Below, piece by piece: positions 38,961 through 50,240 of a stretch of DNA of 64,000 bases. Every line of letters starts with the position of its first letter. Position 1 is the first letter of the stretch. Under the pieces are notes generated by a model. That model worked only from the letters and a program-made list of their open reading frames with translations, had not been told where the DNA came from and searched no databases. Made by a program: the position numbers and the translations under genes. The stretch comes from Takakia lepidozioides (lineage: Eukaryota > Plantae > Bryophyta): contig CM060734.1 in assembly GCA_030704615.1 (NCBI GenBank), forward strand, positions 26,164,001 to 26,228,000. The letters are read 5' to 3'.

Positions 38961-41650
38961 AGAGAATATCCAATGCGGACTGGTCTCTAGGGACGTACGT
39001 ATGTTTCCCTTGGGGGCTGGATCATCAGGTGTAGAAGGACCAAATGTTGGGGTTTCTAGTTTCTACTGTTCATGATCAGCCTTTCAATGGATGTTTGCTG
39101 GGACATTTACATACATTAGAGTGATGCAATTTTGAAATTTATTGCTGAAATGTTTTCAATGTTTTCAAGGTCTTCTAGGTATTTCATTTCCTTCTATATA
39201 TTCCATTCTTCAAGTGTATATGGTTGATCTCTAGTTGGTCTCTCATCTTTGGGCAGTAGTCCTGACCCCTTTCCAAGCAGATCCATGGCATGCTCTCTTT
39301 TTACAAGGCAAAGAACCTGCAGGTCAGATCAGATAAAATTGAGAACCCAGCAAACTTGTCAAGATTGAAACTCTTAGAAATGGCAAATGTCACTGGTTTC
39401 TCCATGAGCTCCAGTCATCTATTTAAAAGGATTCCCTCACTTTGACAAAAACAAGACGGATTGTAACTTATTATATATAGCAGACAATAATTCAGGGTCT
39501 CTTTACAGGGGGTTGTAAGCCCAAAAACAAACAAGCCAATTCAGTTAGACAATGGCACATATGGTTTGGCCACAAGACACTACAAGAAACTTGACTCATG
39601 ATTGTTTCTTGACAGTTTTAAGTTATCTGCTACCTATAATGAGCAGATTTCTCGGAATGTAAGTTAGAACGTTAGAACAGATTACAAAAACCACTAGGTT
39701 GTCAGCAGCCGGGTTCTTACCTCGCTGGTCCATTCACTTCCTTCTATGGTTGATCTCTAGTTGGTCTCTCATCTAGACGGTCGCCCTGCATTTGTTCAGA
39801 TCCATGCATGTTAACTTCCCTTGCATTGTTGCTTCTTCTTGGAGACTAGAGTTCTTGTGGGGGCTCTCTTGTGCTGGCCAGTGGTGAAAGCTGCTTCAAT
39901 TTCATGTAAACTGCTCTTTTTTTGTACTCTTGTCCCAAGATCAATCTCGCCATGCCCTATCATTTCCAAGTATTCCCTTGCTGGGATAGGAAGGACCTTC
40001 CTACTGCACATGTCACTCACACAAATACCACAATGCACATTTGATGGTTAGACTAAATCACAACAGCGGAATGAAAAATGACGAGTACTGTAAGATTTCG
40101 ATATACCCTTTTTTACAGGTGTATAGAGGGCCACTGTCGGTGTCAGTGTCATTGTCGCTGGATACAAGCATCTTTGGAGCAAGATTTTCGTTGGATACAT
40201 GCATCTTTGGAGCAAGACTTCCTTTTACCACGGCTTGGTGCGTCTTTGTAGTGCTTATACTCCTTAAACCAATTATAAATGTCCTCTTCTTTCCAGTGCA
40301 TAGTAAGCATGCTCCCATTTTGCAGGAACAGGAGCCCCGCTAGTGTTGGCTCACGCTCGTGGATAAAGCGCTTGATGGCGTCTTGACCTTCCACATTATG
40401 CCGCAAACTCCTAGGCCTCTCCAACAATGATGTAATCCTTGGATCCTGTGCATTCTCAAACCACCCCCGAACCGCCTTGATGTTTTGATTGTACAGCCTC
40501 CATTGCGCTGGGTGATACAGCCTCAAATAGTCTCTTCCATATGGTGAATGGCGGTCCCCCTCCCCCTGACTTGAATTTCTCTTCTTCTTGAAGATCCTCT
40601 CATAGGATGGGCCATGGTCAATTCCCTCCACAGGCTTGGGATCATTCGTTGCATCTGCACAGCCAGGCCAACCAATTTGTTGCATCTGCTGTTGGGATGG
40701 GGCTGGAAGAACAGGCTGTATCATCAACCAAAAATAAATCTATCCCATTAACATGCACAGATTAAACTTAGAAATGTGGTTGGGAACAGTCTATTTAAAA
40801 CAATGGCACAAATATAAACACCAACCTCCATACTGAGATTGCAAGGCTGCTTCAGGCTTGAATGGCAAGTGCTGCACAGAGAGCTGCTGCAACGGTTGTT
40901 GCTGTTTTTTGAGCTCTTGCTGTTTCTGCTTTTGCTGTAACTCCTTCTGTTGCTGTTGGGATGGGGCTGGAGGAGGAGGGAGGGCCGCCTGCAATGTAGG
41001 GAAGTCTTGTCCTCTCCGCGCTACAGCCAAGTTTGCCACTGTTGAGCCCACATCTCCTGCTGCAAGGGAGGCAAACTTGGGTTGCAGGGATTGCCCACGA
41101 GGCTGTATGTACACATGACTTGATCTGAACCTCAAATCCACAGAAACAAAAGCAGAGCACCAGCAATTGGACCCCAACAGGGCCAGGGCTCATACCTAAT
41201 GGATCCAGCTCCTCTGTTGGATCAAGACTCTTGATCCACGATAGGAGCGCCTTGCGATGCCGAAAGATTTTAATGCCGAGTGACAGAAGCTCCTCAGCGT
41301 TGACTCAAGGAAATCAGCACCACTCACATCCTCCTCAATCGGCCTTTCGTAATAGTCATTGGTGCTCAGTAGTGAGCAGATGTGTTCGGCTAACTTCTGA
41401 GCTCCCCAGCTAGCAACCTCCATTTTACAATTAGCCTCCATAGCCAGGCCTCGAGAGCTTGACACTACCAGTGCTGCTGGCGCATGTGACTTTCTAATAC
41501 TCATGGTGGGAGCTGTAGTATCAAAATGAAAAACTGCTTGAGCTCCAGCAGAATTTGACAGGAAAATACTTTGGTAGCCAAAGATGCTAAAATTGCTTAA
41601 CAGGATACTGAGAAAAGCCAAAATAGGATAGAGTAAGCTTCCCGGTTCTC

Positions 41651-42125
41651 AAATCTAAAAAGCAGATGATTTCTCAACTACTGAACGGATAAAGATTCTA
41701 ACAAACACTACAAAAATCTCAAGACTCTGGCCATAGAGAATGATGTTCGAAAAAAATTCAACCTGTGGGCCCGAGCTCAACAATAGGAACTTGGTGATGT
41801 GGCTCAACTGCAGGAACTTGGTGATCTGGAATAATAGTTTGGACTGTTGGTGCTGCTACCGATTTCGAAATGCCAACTACATGGAACGTAAAGCACCATC
41901 AGATCAAGTCAGCAACCCAAATCAGAAAAGCAGATAATTGCTCAACTATTGAACGGATAAAGATTCTGAGAAACAATACAAAAATCTCAAGGGTCTAGCC
42001 AGAGAGAATGACGAAAAATTCAACCTGTGGGGAGCTCAACAACAGGAACTTGGTGATGAGGCTCAACAGCATGAACTTGGTGATCTGGAATAATAGTTTG
42101 GACTGTTCGTGCTGCTGCCAATTTC
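41651..42125. repeat. ~270-bp tandem duplication
   Basis: aaagcagat.att.ctcaacta.tgaacggataaagattct.. starts near 41659 and again near 41927. Confidence 0.8.
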
Positions 42126-43833
42126 CGTGGCTTCTGTGTTGGTACCGCCCTGCGTATTGCAATGGGTGGCAGGCCTAGCTCCTGCAATTTGACATTGTTT
42201 GCTCGAATCCTTGCCTCCCTCAATAGCAGATAATTGTTTGGAGGTGACTTCGGCATTATCCCTTTGCCCTTAGTAGCCTGTGAAACCTTCATGAGGATAT
42301 GATCTGGTTAGAAAGTGCAATGGGAAAGGAAAGAACTGATTATATTAGAGAACCCTTTGGAATAGTTGCATTTTTGTAGCCAGTGGATGACTGGCAAGGT
42401 TCTTACTACCAAAACAAGTATAAGGTGTACATGTCAAAAAACGCAGTTGCAGCTTAGTCTTCAAGCAAAATATTGGACCTACTGACAGTCACATTCACTT
42501 AAAATCCCCACCAGTTTCTTTGGGCAGCAACTAGTACTTGCTGAATACCTACACACCACGAGAACAAGAAAGCTATGCTACTGTCAGCTGGTGTGTACAT
42601 GTACTGGCTAAATTCCAGTATAAGTTCCAGCGTATATAAGACTGTCACATAGAAGATAATCATCCAGACACCCACTCTATTACAACTGCAGGCAATAGAC
42701 TGTACCATCTCACATTAACCATAAACTATGCCTCCTCGTCAGTTTCCATGAACCTCATTTCTAAGTGAGACAGCCACTTGATGAGGCGTACATGTCAAGA
42801 AATGCAGCTGCAGCTTAGTCTGCAATTAAGTGCAGGCTGACTCACCATGTCTACTTCGGTGAGCTTTGATCGCTCTCCAGATTGCTCCTTGCTTTGGAGC
42901 ACCAGCTATTAGCTGAATACCTACACGCCAGGAGAACCAGAAACCTACGCTACTGTTAGCTGATGTACATGTGCTGGATAAATCTAGCGTAAATACCCTA
43001 TGAAATAGAGGACTCCTTCCCTTTGCTGTAAATCTTTAGAGACAATGAGAGGAAGACAGCCAGTAGTTACACCAAGCATACAGGTATACCACCCTCCAGT
43101 ACACTAGATCAGACGTTTCTGAAAATGATTACAAAATGTAGAGACTTAAAGACAGGAATTGCATCAGAAAGGGCTGCATGAAGGAAAAAACAGTGAAAAC
43201 AAGGCGGCTGCAGGGAGGGGAGAATAAAGATTGAAGTTACATCAACGGACCTAGACAAAGCAAAACCATCGCATTACAGATGAAAAGAAGCATAATGAAA
43301 TCTTAGCTTTGATTTCAACCTTCATTTTAAGGCAAGTTGAAAAGACGAACATAGACCACTACACCACACAAATCTAAGGACGCAATAAGTTAAAATCACT
43401 TCTTCACGAGAGGAGATGCAGGAAAAGAACAACCATTCAAAAGCCCCCATATACAAACAATGAAATCAAGATAAAAATAAAAAATTCAACATAGACAACA
43501 AGGAAACAATTTCAAGGCTAGACTTACTTGATAAGTCTTCTCTGAGCATGATAAGGCAAATTGTCAAGAAGAGTATTTGGAAGAATGCTTACCCTTCCCT
43601 TTGCAGTAAGCAGTGGGACAGAAAAAGAATATGAGACAACAAGGACAGATGTTGTTGCAGTGAGGGAGTGAACCTGTGTTCTTCTTGTACAGTCCTCAAA
43701 ATCTCCAAGGTTTGTGAGTTCTTAACCTAAGTTCTTTAAATTTCTTGAAGTCTCTCTCAACTAAAAAATCAATAGCACCAAAAACAGACATGACAAGAAA
43801 AAAAATCATAAGTTCCTAAATGAACAAGACTAG

Positions 43834-43835
<2 letters not shown>

Positions 43836-43864
<29 letters not shown>
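43836..43864. repeat. (CT)n microsatellite
   Basis: Run of CT dinucleotides. Confidence 0.95.
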
Positions 43865-43867
<3 letters not shown>

Positions 43868-44689
43868 TGCCTAGCTATGAGAGATGAGAGAGGGAATATT
43901 CAACTATCAACCTTGTACTTCTCTAAAACCTGTCCACTGCTTCTGACAACAACAACCTTGGTCAGGTCTCCAAAGAAGATCAACTAGGGCTAGGCAGGTC
44001 CAATAGTGAACCTGAGGTTAAAGGCCTGCATGGAAGTGACAGTTTTCCTCAAAATGCCTAGAAACTTGAAGCTGCGAATAGCAAAAGAGAGTGCCAGACG
44101 AGGGAGAGAAGAGAGAGAAGAGAGGAGAGAGAAGAGCTGAAAAGAGACGAGAGATATCTGGATGAACGAATCTAATGGATGAATCATTAGATTCATCCAT
44201 CCAGTCCTTTACCACTTTAGGCTTTCTGCCAAGTGTGTTGAGTCTCCACTGATTCTCCTTACCTGCCTTACAACGTCCTTTGCAGCTTCAAGTGAGAAAT
44301 ACTCATTGTTTTTCTTATTGAGTCCCAGATGTCCTAGTCCAGAAGCAATACCAAACACCACCCTATGAGTACAGCCTATATCACAAGACTGCCATAGTCT
44401 GTTAAGCTCTTGAAAAATTCATATTTGTGCCTCTGGTTTGCGATCCTCAATTTGAAGGGTACTAACTTTGCATTAGAAAGTTAAAGGTTGCCACTTACCC
44501 CTATAAGTAAGTGGTCTTTTAGGTTTATAAATTGAGACTGTAAGCTTCTATGCTACTTAGATTTAACCAGTTCGGGTACATTGATAAATGCAAGGAAATG
44601 CAGATATGGCAAACCATCAAGCATCCATCTACAAACTTGTCATCAAGTTCTGAAAGCAACCCTTGCACAAAACCAAAGTAGTTTTTCCA

Positions 44690-45670
44690 CTTACCATAAG
44701 CTGGAGGATTTTGGATTGCAACTTGGAGCACGGAGAAGAAATCAGTGTACACCGCCCCTAACCCTGACAGCTGGCTCTCAAGTCAGCGAGCATGCTTAAT
44801 ACGACACTGTTAAACCTCAGAGCCATAGTTTGCAGAAAAGGCACACATGCCCCCATGCTGTGGGTATCTGCTGAGCTGTGAGGGGACACACCCCAGTGGT
44901 CCAAGACCAGCCACTCCAATCTTTCTGGCCCCAGGTTGTAGAGAAACTGCGACAACACATGGAGGCAATCTGAAATGACTCAACTTCAATTTCACACTTA
45001 CCAACTTCAGTCCACTGTTAGAAATCTGCACGCCCTACGAGGAAGATCTACATTTCAGAGCTGCATTTCTAGGTGTATACAATAAATCAGTAAGTAAACA
45101 CACAAGCTTGACAATGCACTTTTGTAGTATTATTCGAAGCCATTGAGAATACAGGATTTTACCCCAATCTGAGAAGATAGCGTTGACATAAGGAGGTCTT
45201 GAAACTCCGACGGTGTATACAGGCTGGGCAACTCGCTTTACAAAAACCCATAAATCCATTGACAAAATCGTCAGCCCCAGAGACGATGTAGAAGAGTGAC
45301 TGGGCAAAGAAATCACGGCTAGCCTCAGGCCCAAGCATCTCATAAATTTCTTCCTTTACTTTCAGGAAGGCCTCTATCTGCCATGAAAATGGAATAACTT
45401 CGCCCTGCCATCATTCATGAACATCATCCGTTAATCTTCTTGGAAAACTGACACGGTGAAATTTCCAACTCAGGCAAACATGCATTGAACGTCAACAAAG
45501 CCATTTACCACGTCACTGTCAAGACATAACCTAACAAACATACAGCGTCCAAGCCAGTGTAGTTGAGGATGCCCGTGGCCGCTGATGCAAAATTCACGCC
45601 CTGCAGTAGACGTTCACCTTTCGTTGCGGGATCAGCACTAAGGGCAAACCCAAGAACTCAGCAGCCTCGG
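44690..45670 (-). pseudogene. GDSL esterase/lipase gene fragments
   Basis: AEFLGLP..DPATKGERLLQGVNFASAATGILN (~45560-45665), LYNL/GARKIGVAGLGPLGCVPSQL (~44870-44945) and IQNPPAYG (~44695-44720). Frameshifted. Confidence 0.8.
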
Positions 45671-45865
45671 CCTGCTGCTCCAACTCATGAGCACGCTCTC
45701 GTTCACATAGATCATGCATCATCTTTTGACGTTTTTTCACTCTGTTGTTTTTCATTATTTGAATGCTCTCTGCGTACAAGAAGTAGCTCATCATAATAAC
45801 ACGGGCATTCTCGTCCCCAAGAACTTCATAGGCCTTTTGCAGCCTCACAAACTCAGCAGCTGCCA
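45670..45865 (-). pseudogene. DnaJ (DNAJC17-like) fragment fused upstream of the GDSL fragment
   Basis: AAAEFVRLQKAYEVLGDENAR (J-domain helix III/IV) and KKRQKMMHDLCERERA. Confidence 0.65.
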
Positions 45866-48176
45866 GCCAAGGACACACCACGCAGAAAACCTTGACAGTC
45901 ATTGTGAAGGTCAAAGAGGGAAACCACACAGTGGATCACCGACCACTCACGACAGTATCGGCAACGGCCTTGTAAAATTAAGGCACGTGGAAGCTGGAAG
46001 ATACGTTGAGGCGGTACGACGTTAGCCTTTGGGCGGCGCTCCCGCCCACTTTTCTCGTTCCAAATGATGTTGTGATTGGTCAGACATGATTTCATGTCAT
46101 GTGTGGTCTAGTAGTGTAGTGGTCTGTGAAGCTACCTTTATAATGTGTATGTGGGCATTTTCATGTGGGAGTACAGCCAAGGGGCCATAGTATTCACATT
46201 ACTTTAGAAGCATGAAACAGTGGTCTGATGAATAGTCGGGAAACTGTTGCAGGAGCTTTTGAGGTGTGCACGTACTCCACTGTTTCGTCAAAGTACCGGT
46301 GACCATTAAAGATATATCTCACAAAAGAGCAGTGCTAAGAATGTCTATAGGGGTTGTGGAAGGACAGTCTAGCTCATTTGAATAATCACATCTCAAATAG
46401 TCAAGTGTCACCATTTGAATGCACTCTTCATCTTACTGTTTGAGTGCTGATCTGTGGCTCGAGTAGTCAAGTGTCACCATTTAAATGCACTCTTCATCTT
46501 ACTGTTTGAGTGCTGATCTGTGGAAGTGGGCAAGCAGCTATTTGTGGATTCAGTAGCATTTTCGTGAGGGCTAGCAACGACACTTGCAGTGTTGGGTATT
46601 GGAGCATCGTTGGCAGGGAAAGCATATGGGCAAATTGGGCAGGCCTTCCAATCGACGTGTCATGTGTGGCTATGCTTATGGGTCTGAACCTGCTTGAGGT
46701 ATGTATTGTACCGCTCACAAATGAAGGCAACTTGGGAAGGTGGAAAGAGCAACGTGGTGCTGTAGAAGCCTTGGCACCAACAACCCCTTGATAGTAACTT
46801 GAGGTAGCAACAAGCACAAAGGTAACCTTGACTGATAAGTGGGGGGCTGTGGGCAATACCACCAGGAATTTTGTACATCAGATACATTACACTGGAGCAA
46901 CAAGAGAAACTGAATAAAAATTATGCATACAAGCTGGAGAGGTAAGATACAGCTTTTGCTTTCAATACTAATGAGGTCTTTTGGCAGATCAACTGCCTTC
47001 TTTCTTTGGCAACTTTGATGCGCGAGCTGCTACAGCTAGCCTTCCCTCAAGTATGAACTCAGTATCCTTGTTTGCAGTGTCCAGCATATTTTTGGTATTC
47101 TGCCAGTCTAGGAAGTAGTGCCTGAATTATAGTAAAACAGACCCCAATGAAAGTTGTATCATGCTCAAAAAGATGGTTCATTTTATTGGCAAGGTAGATT
47201 GGAGGAATTCTGCTCATTGTCAGACCCATTCTTTTTGAACCCCTGCCGTGCAAGAAACTTCAACCTCTGTGATGGCTGATGGGGGATAACAGGGACTGAC
47301 ATAGGGGTACTCTCAAACTGCAGGATCCACTTGTGGGGGGAACTCTCCTATTGGCATATACAATAGGCTATGTAGCACCACTTCCGGTTGCAGCCTCATT
47401 TGCTGGTGCCCTCTAGGTAAGATCTCTCTCTCATACACTTTCTTGCAATGTCAGAAAAATTGGTAAGATATATGTACCGTTCAAAGGAAGTAACCTTATT
47501 GTGATGTTGCTTTTGATTGATGCCTTGGTATAATATTTGTTGAGTAAGCAATCCAATTGGAAGGTGGGTAGATGAAGCTTGATCCCTTCCGTATCGCTTA
47601 AACTTTTTGGTGTTGTGGATGCAGCGGAGCGCTCTTGCTGGGAGGAGGGTTGTCTTCGTTCTTGACTCGCACCTTTCCAGAAACTTCCATGAGTATGATG
47701 AACATGAACATGTAGAAAGGTGGGTGATCATCATTACAATAGACCCTCATCATGCCCATGGAACTGCGAGGGTTCAACTTCCCATATACATCTGGAGATG
47801 GACCAGCCAGTGCACAGGTTAGGAATGCTATGCATGGCATAATTTGTTGGGTGGGAGTGGTCGTGAAATGCAGCCCTTTTACCTTGGGAAAATAACTGTT
47901 GGGAAAATGGCAAGATGGAAGAGAGGGATTGATTTCTGTGATGTGCGTGTGCGAGAGAGTCTTCTACAGAAATGATCCTTCAGTTTCCATGATTTGAGGA
48001 CCTGTCCCCACCTATATATTTCGCTCTCTAATGACTGTATCTATCACATCACAGAAGTCATGTGACCTTAGGTGATGGCTGCTACCCAGACTGCAAAATT
48101 CCTGGGGATGACTGCCTCTAAGAACGACCTCTGATCCCTTTTATTTGCTGAACAACTAGACCGGCCTTGAATATCT

Positions 48177-49007
48177 TTGGTAATCATACTGAGTGATACC
48201 ATGACAGAAGCTCAAGCTAAAAATGTAGTATATCGGTGCTCCTACAAGTGCATGCATTTCCCTCCCGAATTTGCGTGGGTGCCTGAAAGGACGTTCTACA
48301 ACCATGAGCAATGCTCAAAGGCAGGTAAGATCCATGCGACAGTGAGGAGGCTTCAAAGAGTACCGGAACCACCATCCACTCCAGTCCAAGATGTTGCACA
48401 AGTGCCCAACAGGCTGGGGCACATGATTGCAGATGCAGGGGTGCATCGAGAGGTGGTCGAAGAGGGTACGCCTGAAACAAGCTCTGGACAAAAATTTCCA
48501 TGCTATTGTGCAAGGTGCAAAGGGGCTCATATGTCAAAGAGGACTATATACAGGCATATGAATTCTGAAGACGTATTCGTGAATGAGGTGGAAGAGGAAG
48601 CCCTCACAACACCAGTTCTTGACCCTCAAAACAACACATCTTCAGAAGGTGTACATGGCCCTTCTTCTAGTGAGGAACATCCATCTTGCAAATTCGACCT
48701 TCAAGGGAGCATGTCCTCAGGTTCACCTAACCCTTCTTCTAATGAGGCACCTCCATCTTGTGAAGCACGAGCTTTAACCCTAGAAGAAGCCCTCACCAAC
48801 AGAATCGTAGAGCTCAGTAATCATCATGACTATGTAACCTCATCCATGTACACTGTATTCATGGAAATGACTATGAATCATCTCTCTCCTCTGGTGACAA
48901 TGGGTCCAATGTCAGGCTCCCAATTGTCCTCCGTAACTGCAACCTTAAGTCCAGTGGGCTTAGAGGTAGAGGACGCGTCTAGTGGTTGCTATGTTGCAAC
49001 CTCTTGA
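48177..49007 (+). CDS. ORF with a CxCxxC..H zinc motif, probably a transposon (CACTA-associated-like) N-terminal fragment
   Basis: FPCYCARCKGAHMSKRTIYRHM followed by low-complexity sequence. Confidence 0.4.
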   Translation: MVIILSDTMTEAQAKNVVYRCSYKCMHFPPEFAWVPERTFYNHEQCSKAGKIHATVRRLQRVPEPPSTPVQDVAQVPNRLGHMIADAGVHREVVEEGTPETSSGQKFPCYCARCKGAHMSKRTIYRHMNSEDVFVNEVEEEALTTPVLDPQNNTSSEGVHGPSSSEEHPSCKFDLQGSMSSGSPNPSSNEAPPSCEARALTLEEALTNRIVELSNHHDYVTSSMYTVFMEMTMNHLSPLVTMGPMSGSQLSSVTATLSPVGLEVEDASSGCYVATS

Positions 49008-49165
49008 GCAGTACTCCCTACCTACTCAGTCAGTGACAAGGCCTCATCCTGCCCCATCATCTCATCCTCAAGGACTTCCTCCACCTGAGAAAAATCCCCA
49101 ACCTCATCTATCACCGCCACCTTGGCTGCCAACTCCCTCTGAACCTCGAGCACCTCCCACGTGTG

Positions 49166-50240
49166 TCATGGATGCCTGCACACCGTGGTCCTCACATGCT
49201 CGCCCCCACTCACTGCCTGTACCGTCTCGGTAGGCAGAGAGACCATCGAGGGAAGTGTACTCCGCACTCTGCGTTGCTCAGCCATAGCCAAGCTGATAAT
49301 CCAGGTCAAGCAATTTAGATCCATTGTTTGCCCCAACTCCTGACGACGTGATGCCTCAGAAAGAGACGACACCGCCGTGGTACCAGTGGTAAAACCCATT
49401 GCCCGCTCACGCTCGTCAGCATTAGGCTCCACTAACTGCTGCAACTGAGCATCCTACAGGAGGCCAGGTCCACTATCCCGGAAAGCATGCGATCCTGGGA
49501 AGCTGAGCAGTGTAGGTAATGCTACTCGTGGTTGACCCACTTTGTTGACCACTGCCAAAGGCGAATGGTCATTGTGTCTTTCATGCTGAGACTACCTCCC
49601 TGTGTCCAGAATGCTATCCACTGTGAGAGGTGTTGGCCGCTGCACCCCATCAAATGCACGCTTTAGCAGTGCGGGTGGCATCAAGTTAGTCCACCATAGT
49701 CGTGGACGATAAGCCCGTGACCCCACTGTAGCTGCAACTAGCAACACTGCTGACCCAAGCCACGACCGGACTTGATGCACACTGGCCATCACCCTGTCCC
49801 GAGAATCGCCCATCAGTGGCACATTCTCCAAGATGTATGTTGGAGATACAGCTTGATGAAGCTGCAAGTGGCGCAAAACCCGCACCATCTCCCAAAATAG
49901 ACCCAACCTTGAGTCTCGCAATCCATTGCCATACCCGGCTTATGAATGCCCTTGGCAGGGCCAACCTACCACTACCAGATCAATGGAGCCAACCCGCTCC
50001 AAATCCTGCGCCCCCAGCAACGAAATGTCTACTGGCAAGGCCTGCTGATATCCACGAACTGCAGACACCGGCAACAACTCAGGGTACCGCTGTACCAACT
50101 GAGCAACATGGCGAAGTGAAATGCGTCGTGCAGTCTCATCCCTCTCCACATACAGGTAACGCCAAACTCGTACACCTGCCTGTAACATAACAGCCAATCC
50201 GGTGCTGATCCCGCCAAACAAGTCCAGAAGACAAATGCCT
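49166..50240 (-). pseudogene. C5-cytosine DNA methyltransferase domain, complete motif set, with in-frame stops
   Basis: Motif I LLDLFGGI, II YVERD, IV IDLVVVGWPCQG, VI ILENV, VIII RPRLWWTN, IX ERERAMGF..GTT, X RRQELGQTMD. Single frame, with stops at 49940, 49592 and ~49455. Confidence 0.88.

Noticed and set aside
39800-43500. Gln-rich and other short ORFs as real genes
   Set aside because: Fragmented, internally duplicated and without recognisable motifs; cannot be supported.
46400-48100. Transposase core adjacent to the CxCxxC ORF
   Set aside because: No DDE or other family motif could be read in any listed frame.
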